Virus record (IMG/VR): IMGVR_UViG_3300013099_000017
Location: 32,001 to 96,000 of that record
Length of the DNA stretch: 64,000 nucleotides
Direction: 5' to 3' (one strand)
Origin: a virus
Position 1 is the stretch's first letter. Every line of letters begins with the position of its first letter. Positions 55,291 to 63,785 of this stretch are shown here, piece after piece. Below the pieces are notes generated by a model, which saw nothing but the letters and a program-made list of their open reading frames with translations, did not search any database and was not told where the DNA came from. A program made the position numbers and the translations under genes.

Positions 55291-55347
55291 CCTTATAAAT
55301 CAACAACTTATCCCATAATAAGAAAATCCTTATAAATCAATGACTTA
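55291..55347. repeat. Two 20-bp direct repeats (iteron-like)
   Basis: CCTTATAAATCAACAACTTA (55291-310) and CCTTATAAATCAATGACTTA (55328-347). Confidence 0.85.
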
Positions 55348-55390
55348 GAAAAAGCCTTGGTATTGTTGGAAACTCATATAAACACTGAAA

Positions 55391-55415
55391 AATATTCATA
55401 TTAAGTATGAATATT
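55391..55415. repeat. 10-bp perfect inverted repeat
   Basis: AATATTCATA-TTAAG-TATGAATATT. Confidence 0.85.
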
Positions 55416-55447
55416 ATGCATATTAAAAAAATAATGCTTGACAGGGG

Positions 55448-55475
55448 TTGACAAGATTTCAACTAGTGGTATAAT
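55448..55475 (+). promoter_or_regulatory. Near-consensus sigma70 promoter
   Basis: TTGACA-16bp-TATAAT with TG extension; second TTGACA at 55438. Confidence 0.8.
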
Positions 55476-55585
55476 TCCACTGTTAATAATGAATGTTAGG
55501 GATCTATAATATATTATGTAGAAGAAAAAGGTTTGCCTTTGGCAATGCCGTAGGCAGTTAATTAATGAATAATAAGGAATAAATA

Positions 55586-56208
55586 ATGAATTTAAAGTTT
55601 GATAAAGAACATTGGTTAAAAGATAAAGAGTATTTTAACAAAAATGATGGTGTTGATCTTGATGTTGAATTAATGGATAAGTATAAATATTATTTTTTTG
55701 GTTTTATAGATTCTCCTGTTGATATATATGAGAATGTTGTTATTGAAGCCAAATCAAATAATTTTCATAATGAAGATAAATTAAGATTATATCTTGATTC
55801 ATATCGTGGTACTTGTAAAAAATTGATATTGTATTGTATTTTACGAAATAATAATGATATGTTAAGATTAAGATATGTAATAATTCCGGAGGATGTTGAA
55901 TAATGCAATTAATATTTGATAAAGAACATTGGTTAAGGGATAAAGAAGAATTCCAAAATGATCTTGATGAACTTGATGTTGAATTGATGGATAAGTATAA
56001 AGACTATTTTTTTGGTTTTATGGAATGTCCGGTTGATTCATATTATGACAATCAGTTGATTATTGCTAAAATTACTGATTTATATGATGAAGATGAATTG
56101 AGATTATATCTTGACTCACATCGTGGAACTGGGACAAAATTGGTATTATATCAGATTTTACGCAATGAAAATGGTATGATACGATTAAGATCGGCAATGA
56201 TTTCATAA
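55586..56208 (+). CDS. Tandem paralogous pair (55586-55903, 55903-56208)
   Basis: FDKEHWL.DKE.F..LDVELMDKYK.YFFGF..LRLYLDS.RGT..KL.LY.ILRN. Confidence 0.85.
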
Positions 56209-56291
56209 TATATCTCTTTTGGGATATATATATTTCATGAAAATTAAACGATAATACAAGCATAAGATAAATTTCCAAAAGGAAAATAGTT
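56209..56291 (+). promoter_or_regulatory. Variant class A cassette with leader
   Basis: TATATCTC-TTTT-GGGATATA; AGATAAATTTCCAAAAGGAAA. Confidence 0.75.
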
Positions 56292-56500
56292 ATGTCAATC
56301 ATTACATTAACAGCATTAGTTGAAGATAATGTACTCAATTTATATCCTGCAATATCAAAAGATGATAAGTGGTTTATTAGACATGATGGTGGTGCTAATG
56401 GTCAATTCACATTATTTGAAGTTTTAAGCAATGATGAAGTAGTAATAGTTGATTATTTTTCTACTGTTGATAAAGCAATTGAAGTAGGACAAAAACTATA

Positions 56501-56902
56501 ATGTTATCAATAGTTGATATTAAAGCAGGAAAAGCCATTTTTACCGTATCTAATGATAAGGGTGATCATTACACATATAAAGTGAGTAAAGCGGATAATG
56601 GTTCTGTTTGGTTTGTTTCAACATTGGTTGGAAGTGATAACGAGAATTCTTATTCTTATCTTGGTATAATTACTACTGCAAATATTTTCAGATTGACCAA
56701 AGGTTCAAAATTTGGTGAAGATTCAAAATCATATAAAATTTTTAAATGGGTATTTGATATTATCAAAGGTGTCAAATCATTACCAATTGGATATGATGTT
56801 AAACATGCAGGATGTTGTTTGAAATGTGGTAGAACTTTGACAACACCCGAAAGTATTGATAGTGGTTATGGTCCGGTTTGTCTTAAAAAGGTATATGGTT
56901 AA
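56501..56902 (+). CDS. DUF6011 zinc-finger protein
   Basis: CLKCGRTLTTPESIDSGYGPVC. Confidence 0.8.
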   Translation: MLSIVDIKAGKAIFTVSNDKGDHYTYKVSKADNGSVWFVSTLVGSDNENSYSYLGIITTANIFRLTKGSKFGEDSKSYKIFKWVFDIIKGVKSLPIGYDVKHAGCCLKCGRTLTTPESIDSGYGPVCLKKVYG

Positions 56903-57421
56903 TTATGAAACAACTTGAATTTAAACCATATTTTGATGGTGGATTAAATTTAGTTGGTGATTATACCGTTGTTTGGTGTGGACGTTCAATTGTTCTTTTG
57001 GGTACATATGATGGTATTGAAAATATTGATACTAGAGAATATATTATTAACATTAATGATTTGACTTTATAGGTGAAAAATGTTTAAAATTGAAGTACAC
57101 ACCGTTGATGGAGAAACAACTTATACAGCGATAGCAATTGAAGAAGTTTATAATATTTATTATATTGATGGAACTTGGACTGCTATTGACAAAGATAATA
57201 AAATTGTTGATAAAGACAGGTATCGTTATGATTTATTTGATAGGTTGGAAATGTTATATGAAAAATAAAGAACCATGTATTGATTGTCCGGATAAAGAAG
57301 AAATTCTTAAATTATTAAATTCGGTTCATGATAAGGGTGTACCAAATTGGTCAACATCTGATCTTCAATTGGTTCGTGAAAATTTGAAGTTATTAACTTA
57401 TCTTTGGTTCAGGGTCGAATT

Positions 57422-58354
57422 ATGAATGTATTGGGATTGTTTTCTGGTATTGGTGGATTTGAATATGGATTACAAAATGTTGGATATAATATTAAGGCAT
57501 TATGTGAGATTGAACCATATCCAGTTTCAGTATTAAAGAAAAACTTTCCAACTATACCTATAATTAATGACGTTAGGGATATTGTTCATAATTCATTTAA
57601 AGATATTGATGTTATTGCTGGTGGATTTCCATGTACAGATATATCCAGAGCAGGAAAAATGAATGGTGGTATACGTGGTGAAAAATCTGGATTATGGTTT
57701 GAATTTAGGAGAATAATAAATGACATTAAACCAAAATATGCTATTATTGAAAACGTCAATTCAATACTTGGAAACGGAATTGAAACAGTCTTATCCAACC
57801 TTGCCGAAATCGGGTATGATGCGACTTGGACATCGTATGACACAAAATACTTTGGATTACCACAACGTAGAAGTAGAGTGTATATTATTGCCGTTCGTGA
57901 CGGAATCAAAGACGGAACCGAAATCTTCCAGTTTAAAGAACGTAGTACAGAACAACACAGATACAAAGTTCAATCTATCAAAAAGAGCTTTGAATGGGAT
58001 TATACGCAGGATGGAAGAATCGAAAATCCCTTTGCCTTTTTTACTAGACAAAGAAGTGATGAATTTGCTTGTACAGGATTAAGTTCTACTTTAATGAAGC
58101 GAGATTATAAAGATTTTACCGATATAATAGCCCAAAATGGACAATTAAGACGGGTTACACCAACTGAGCGTATGTTGTTGCAGGGGTTTCCAAAAGATTG
58201 GCTTATAAAGTCAACTAACACCAATATGTATTCATGCAATGGAATGAGTGTACCAGTTATTGAAGAAATTGGAAAACAATTATTTCAATATGATAAAAAA
58301 TATGGTATGATGTCATATGTTAAAGATATTAAACTACAAAGGAAATTGTTTTGA
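57422..58354 (+). CDS. C5-cytosine DNA methyltransferase family protein
   Basis: LFSGIGG, GGFPC, IENV, PQRRSRVYI, terminal RRVTPTER..LQGFP. Confidence 0.92.
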   Translation: MNVLGLFSGIGGFEYGLQNVGYNIKALCEIEPYPVSVLKKNFPTIPIINDVRDIVHNSFKDIDVIAGGFPCTDISRAGKMNGGIRGEKSGLWFEFRRIINDIKPKYAIIENVNSILGNGIETVLSNLAEIGYDATWTSYDTKYFGLPQRRSRVYIIAVRDGIKDGTEIFQFKERSTEQHRYKVQSIKKSFEWDYTQDGRIENPFAFFTRQRSDEFACTGLSSTLMKRDYKDFTDIIAQNGQLRRVTPTERMLLQGFPKDWLIKSTNTNMYSCNGMSVPVIEEIGKQLFQYDKKYGMMSYVKDIKLQRKLF

Positions 58355-59010
58355 AAAAAGATACTTTTAAGTTTGAAGATATTGATAATTTTAATCGACA
58401 TATTGAATTGTCTATCCCAAATTACAAAGGATTAGTTGATATATTCACATCATTTGCTTATGAATTCACTACACATGATGGGGTATTAATTGATTTGGGG
58501 TGTAGTACAGGATCATTCTTGGAACAATTGCCAAAAATAAAAAGTGCTCAATATATTGGTGTTGATGAAGTTGAATTTGTAGATCAAATTAATGTTAATA
58601 ATGAATTTGATTATACTTTTATTAAAGGTGATATCTTGGATTGTTTAACTGAATATAATAATGATGATATTGATGTTATTGTATTAATGTTTACATTACA
58701 GTTTTTGGGTAATAAAAAACGTAAAAAAGTTGTTCAAGAATTAAAGAAATTTGTTGAACGTGGTACAACTGTATTAATATCGGAAAAAGTTTATTTAAAT
58801 GATAGTAAAGTTAATTCTATTTTACAAAGAAACCATAGAGCAATGAAGCGTCATAATTTTACTGATACTGAAATAGTAAATAAAGAATATCAATTGGCTG
58901 GCTCAATGTTTAATAAATCATATACTGACATTATAGAAGAATTGAATTTTATTGGAAATGTCAACCAAGTTTGGCAAAGTTATAATTTTATGGGATGGGT
59001 GATAAAATGA
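58351..59010 (+). CDS. CmoA-like SAM-dependent enzyme
   Basis: FNRHIELSIPNY, DLGCSTG, GDI, VLMFTLQFL, ISEK, WQSYNF align with E. coli CmoA. Confidence 0.85.
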   Translation: MKKDTFKFEDIDNFNRHIELSIPNYKGLVDIFTSFAYEFTTHDGVLIDLGCSTGSFLEQLPKIKSAQYIGVDEVEFVDQINVNNEFDYTFIKGDILDCLTEYNNDDIDVIVLMFTLQFLGNKKRKKVVQELKKFVERGTTVLISEKVYLNDSKVNSILQRNHRAMKRHNFTDTEIVNKEYQLAGSMFNKSYTDIIEELNFIGNVNQVWQSYNFMGWVIK

Positions 59011-59485
59011 TTGAATTAGATGAACCAAAATATAAACAAGCAATAAAAATGTTATATGATAATGGTATTATGTGTGAAGCTGTACGTGATGAAGAAAATG
59101 ATATAAAATTGGCAGTTGAAGGAGAATTTAATTTTTTTGATTATTATCCTTCAACAGGTAGATGGGTGCAACGATTGAGTCATGAATATTTGAGTACAGC
59201 CAGAGAAGGATTTAGTTTACTAAAATTAATTAATTATATAAAGGATCAATAATGCACGATAAAACACAAAGAGCTATGGATGCTTTGGAAATTAATCAGA
59301 TTGGGTTTGAAGTAAAAAATAATGGTATCCAGTTAATTGTAGAGGGGAATGATGGATTTATTGATTTTTACCCTACTACAGGAAATTGGAAATGTCGAAT
59401 TAATGATTCTGAAACTTATGATTCAGGAACCGGATTTAGTTTGAGAAATTTAATTGATCATATTTTGGGGGATCATCGTGGGTGA
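58995..59485 (+). CDS. Tandem paralogous pair (58995-59252, 59252-59485)
   Basis: VEG..FFDYYPSTGRW / VEG..FIDFYPTTGNW; G.FSL..LI. Confidence 0.7.
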
Positions 59486-59724
59486 AATATCCGATAGTTA
59501 TTATTTACCAGTAAAAGAAGATTCCTTTATTACTTATGCTATTGCCAAAGAAGATGTGATGGAAGAATTTAGATATTTAACAAATATCTCTCAATATTCA
59601 CCATCACTCAAACGAGCTAATATATATAAATTAAATGAAGGATTATCTAAATTATTCCAATTAGAAAATCATGTTTTGTTGAAGTTGGAAACTAAGGTAA
59701 GTCGGGTTGACGTGGAGGTCAAAA

Positions 59725-59964
59725 ATGGCTAGAAAAGGTAAAAAACGTAGTATTGCAGTATTTGGTTGTACTCTTGATGATGGTTCATAATTGAATCACA
59801 CAGATTCTGAATTTGTTTCTGTTATTGTAAATCCTGATAAAACTGTAAGTGTAACTGATATTAACAACAATAGTACAATATTATTAGATATTAATGGTGA
59901 TCCGGTTAAATCCGAGAACAAATTAATTAACGATAATATTTTGCCATTTCTTTCAATTCTATAA
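59725..59964 (+). pseudogene. ORF with in-frame TAA at codon 22
   Basis: GGAGG RBS; MARKGKKRSIAVFGCTLDDGS*LNHTDSEFVSV... open to 59964. Confidence 0.5.
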
Positions 59965-60238
59965 TAGAAAGATTATTTTTGGCACGATTGGCTTTAACTG
60001 ATAAAACTTGAATATTGTCTGGTTCATAACCAAGATCACTATCAATTCTATCTATTGAAGGTGAAAATTCATTATAACCCCTTGCATTATAATCAATAAT
60101 ATGGTTTAATAGTGGACACGTTAAAGGTAATGATAAATCATATAAATCGGTTAATGTGAGTGTAAATTTAATATTTCTTTTTTTAGCAGATGCTTTCAAA
60201 TGAGATAATAATTTTTTGTAGTTTAGTGTATGTATCAT
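59927..60238 (-). CDS. HNH-like endonuclease
   Basis: CPLL..SIDRIDSDLGYEPDNIQVLSVKANRAK; start ATG 60238 with TATAAATA at 60250-57 on minus strand. Confidence 0.75.
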   Translation of the reverse strand: MIHTLNYKKLLSHLKASAKKRNIKFTLTLTDLYDLSLPLTCPLLNHIIDYNARGYNEFSPSIDRIDSDLGYEPDNIQVLSVKANRAKNNLSIIELKEMAKYYR

Positions 60239-60444
60239 AATATTGTAATTATTTATAAGGTGAAATAAAATGAACGATTGTTTTAGATGTAAGCGGAAAC
60301 ACACAACATATTGTAATAGTTGTCGTAAAAATCCAAAATTGAAAGATAATTTCATTGAAAGTGATGAATATCATATTAATAAGTGGAGTTTGGAAGGAAA
60401 AGGTGCTAAGGTAATTGATGTCACTTATATGTAATTATTATTTT

Positions 60445-60452
60445 TATAAATA
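60445..60452 (+). promoter_or_regulatory. T4 late promoter
   Basis: TATAAATA 27 nt before ATG 60480. Confidence 0.7.
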
Positions 60453-60479
60453 GATAAAATAACTTTATAAGGTCAATTA

Positions 60480-61418
60480 ATGTTAAAATTCAAAAACTAT
60501 CTTGTTGAACAGGATTTATTAAATGAGAAACTATTATTAATTAATAGTGGTAAAAAATATGGACAGGTAGTTTTTCTTGCTGGTGGTGCTGGTTCTGGAA
60601 AGGGGTTTGCTGGAAATAATTTTATGAATATTCAGGATTTTAAAGTTCGGGATGTTGATGAAATGAAAAAAGCATATCTTACACTTAATAAATTGAGACA
60701 CAAATATCCTGAATTAGATGGACTTGATTTAAAAAAACCAGAAGATGTTTTTAAAATGCATGGTTTTATTAAGAAAAAAGGTACAGTTAAATCTACATTA
60801 GATAATATGCTTTCTGTTATTGTAAATCCAAACATTTTACCAAATATCGTATTTGATGTTACATTACAGTATGTTTCTAAAATTGATGATACCGTTCCAT
60901 TATTAATCAAAGCTGGATATAAACCCGAAAATATTCATATTATATGGGTGTTGACTGATTATGAAATTGCATTTAAAGCAAATTTGGAAAGGGATCGTAT
61001 TGTTCCTTATGGTAAAGATGGTACACCAAATATTATATTAGATACTCATGTTGGTGCAAGTAAAACAATGTGGAATATTGTTGGTAAAAATAATATTCCA
61101 AAATCAATTAATGGCGGTATTTATGTTATACTGAATAATCGTGATCAAACTATTGTATTTAAAGAAGGTGATAAAAAAGATTTCAGAACAGCAAAAGATG
61201 ATAAAGATGCACCAGCAAAAATAACAACAAGCCCTAGAAAATATGTTAGTAAAAGTAGTGAGAATTACAAAAAGAAAACTATCGTTGTTAAAGATTTCAC
61301 ATATTTAACATATAAAGAACCTGGGAAGGCTCCCAAAAAAGATAAAGAAATTTATAAACAGTTATTTGGATGGGTTAAAGCTAATATTCCAAAATCAGCA
61401 TTAAAATTCATTAATTGA
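60480..61418 (+). CDS. Zeta-toxin/AAA_33-like P-loop protein with capsid-targeting-like N-terminus
   Basis: MLKFKNYLVE..LNE; VVFLAGGAGSGKG; IVFDVT; A..AN..RDRIVP. Confidence 0.65.
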   Translation: MLKFKNYLVEQDLLNEKLLLINSGKKYGQVVFLAGGAGSGKGFAGNNFMNIQDFKVRDVDEMKKAYLTLNKLRHKYPELDGLDLKKPEDVFKMHGFIKKKGTVKSTLDNMLSVIVNPNILPNIVFDVTLQYVSKIDDTVPLLIKAGYKPENIHIIWVLTDYEIAFKANLERDRIVPYGKDGTPNIILDTHVGASKTMWNIVGKNNIPKSINGGIYVILNNRDQTIVFKEGDKKDFRTAKDDKDAPAKITTSPRKYVSKSSENYKKKTIVVKDFTYLTYKEPGKAPKKDKEIYKQLFGWVKANIPKSALKFIN

Positions 61419-61423
61419 TGATA

Positions 61424-61518
61424 TATATCCCATTGTGAGTATATACATTAACATTTAATAATGTGATAATAATCCTGTAGTGAGAGATAGCGTTCCCATT
61501 TAAAGAAAAGGAGTCGAT
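61424..61518 (+). promoter_or_regulatory. Class A cassette
   Basis: TATATCCCATTGTGAGTATATACA; TATACA-17bp-GATAAT with TG extension. Confidence 0.8.
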
Positions 61519-61722
61519 ATGAGTTATTCAGTTGTTCATTCCGAAAGATATTTAGTTGATAAAAAAGAAACAGAATATTCTAGTCTGGAAAAAATCAAAG
61601 AACGTTATTCCGTTTATTGGAATTATGTTAAAGATGAAATTTCTGCTCTGAATGTTGGTGATAGTGTTGATGTTCATTATGATGATTATGTTTCTCTGAA
61701 TGTTAAAAAAGTTTCTTAACTC

Positions 61723-61822
61723 TTGATCTAGATCAAGGTAAATATCCTCTATCATTGATATACTATATTTGTGGTGAGGGAATTGTTCCCAAAATAGAAA
61801 AACTTCCAAAAGGAAATTCAAA
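61723..61822 (+). promoter_or_regulatory. Class B cassette with long two-hairpin leader
   Basis: TTGATCTAGATCAA; TGATATACT; GGGAA-TTG-TTCCC; AAAACTTCCAAAAGGAAA. Confidence 0.85.
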
Positions 61823-62398
61823 ATGAAAGCAACACATAAAGGTACTTGTCAATGTTGTGGTGCAATGCAAAAACTTCCAAATGGCGTATTATCTAATCAT
61901 GGTTATACAGTTGATTGGGGTATGTTCAATGGCACTTGTCAAGGTGCAGGTCATAAGCCTTTTGAAAAATCAACAGATTTAATCGAAAGTTTCATAAATC
62001 AAGCCAAAGCTCAAATCGAAAATTTAAACAATGAAATCAGTGAAGTTTCTAATTCAACTGATGTTAAATCGGTTTGGTATCGTAAATATATTCCTGCAAC
62101 ATACAGCAAACAAGCACATTATGTTTGGGAAAAACGTGGTTTATTATTAGATAAAGTTTATTCTGAAAGATTTACTTCTTGGAAATGGGATAGTTTACCA
62201 ACTGATACCAAAGACGTTAATCGTGGTAAAACAGGTGTTGGTGATCATAAACCAAATCCCGATGATGCAGTTAAATTTGAAAATGAAAAATATACCGCAA
62301 TGTTAAGCAAAAAGGTTCAAGGTATTGAAGGTTATATCCAATGGCAAGAAGAACGTATTTCCGGTTGGACTGAGCAACCTTTACAGGAAATTAAATAA
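61823..62398 (+). CDS. Conserved phage hypothetical protein (Cys/His motif)
   Basis: GTCQCCG...HGYTV.WGMFNGTCQG. Confidence 0.6.
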   Translation: MKATHKGTCQCCGAMQKLPNGVLSNHGYTVDWGMFNGTCQGAGHKPFEKSTDLIESFINQAKAQIENLNNEISEVSNSTDVKSVWYRKYIPATYSKQAHYVWEKRGLLLDKVYSERFTSWKWDSLPTDTKDVNRGKTGVGDHKPNPDDAVKFENEKYTAMLSKKVQGIEGYIQWQEERISGWTEQPLQEIK

Positions 62399-63184
62399 TG
62401 TTAAAACCTAGAATTGCTAAACTGAAAAAGGATACTCAATTAAAAATTAAACGATATGTAAATTTTCAAGAACAATATATTGGTGAAGTTGGGGATAAAT
62501 CTCCAACATATTTTTTATTCTTGAAACGCATGGAAAAACAATATCATAAAACCCTATCCACAATAAATAAACTTGGATCAAATTAAATGGATGATACATT
62601 AACAATATCGGAAAAGATAAAAGAAGCTCAATATTATTTTAATACTTATTCTGAAACTGTCCGACTATATGAAGAAATTCATGGAGTCGGTAATTATTCA
62701 CCTAAACTAACTGTATTATACACACTGGAATCATAAAATGGATATTGAAGAAATAAAAAAAGAACACAATTATATGTTGGATAGTTATTCAAAACAACTA
62801 AAAACATATCAAGATGAAAATGGATGTGATGATTATCCTGATTATATGATGTATACAATTAAATTGATAGAATTTTATCGTGGTACTTTGACTATATTAA
62901 ATCGAATTGAAAATGGTGTATTTAAATGAATATACAGAATATCTTGTTTACCGATTACAAATGGAAGAATATTATCGTGGTGTTTGGAACACATTAAATG
63001 AACTTAAACGGGGTGCATAATGAAAAAATATAAATTCTCTGTTATTTATTTCATCTATAATGAAGAAGATGAAATAAAAAAAGTTATTGATGTTATGTAT
63101 GGCTCAGGACATCAATCAGTTGTAGATGAAATCAAAAAACTGGAAAATTTTGTCACTATGGTTTATATTGGAGTAATTGAGTAA

Positions 63185-63287
63185 TATATCCCATTGTAGG
63201 TATATATTTATCAATATAATTGTGAGATACTATACTTGTGGTGAGGGGATTTCCCCAATTAGATAAACTTCCAAAAGGAAATAAATC
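63185..63287 (+). promoter_or_regulatory. Class A cassette with long two-hairpin leader
   Basis: TATATCCCATTGTAGGTATATA; TGAGATACT; GGGGA-TT-TCCCC; AGATAAACTTCCAAAAGGAAA. Confidence 0.85.
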
Positions 63288-63785
63288 ATGAACTATTTTT
63301 CTGCCGTTTCAACTGTCGAAGAAATCAAAAAACTTTATCGTAAATTGTGTTCTAAATTTCATCCGGATCGTGGTGGTGATTTAGAAATCATGAAAACGGT
63401 AAACGTTCAATATAAAGAATCCCTTGCTGGAAATCATGGTCAAAAATCTACCGATAATTTTGGTAAAGAACATACTTATTACTACAATGAGCATGTAGAA
63501 GATGCATTGATGGAAAAAATTCAGGAACTTTTAGCCCTCAATATGACAGGTGTTGAAGTTGCTTTAATTGGTGTTTGGATTTGGGTGACGGGCGATAATA
63601 CTAAAGATTATCGCACACAATTCAAAAACCTTAAATTACGTTGGCACTCAAAGCGTCAAGCGTGGTACTTTCAAACAAGTAAGAAGCGTACCAAATATAA
63701 GAGAAACTTTTCAATGGATGATATGGCTCATGCTTATGGTTATCAGACATTCAAAAGTGATGATAATAAATTGGCACTTGCCTAA
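63288..63785 (+). CDS. J-domain (DnaJ-like) protein
   Basis: EIKKLYRKLCSKFHPDRGGD: HPD motif. Confidence 0.85.
   Translation: MNYFSAVSTVEEIKKLYRKLCSKFHPDRGGDLEIMKTVNVQYKESLAGNHGQKSTDNFGKEHTYYYNEHVEDALMEKIQELLALNMTGVEVALIGVWIWVTGDNTKDYRTQFKNLKLRWHSKRQAWYFQTSKKRTKYKRNFSMDDMAHAYGYQTFKSDDNKLALA

Noticed and set aside
52302-59964. Stop-codon reassignment suggested by two in-frame TAA codons
   Set aside because: TAA is the main terminator of nearly all intact genes here, and large core genes have no internal stops. Point mutation or consensus error is far more likely.
2550-61821. Most minus-strand ORFs in the track (for example 2798-3076, 6926-7213, 8476-8733, 57586-57966, 60632-60910)
   Set aside because: They lie antisense to well-supported + strand genes and lack an RBS or recognisable motifs. 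Only 27405-27644 and 59927-60238 were kept.
13667-63287. Repeated palindromes as a CRISPR array or classic integron
   Set aside because: Repeats are separated by whole genes (hundreds to thousands of bp), not 30-40-nt spacers. No cas or integrase gene is in the window, and the repeats carry promoter boxes.
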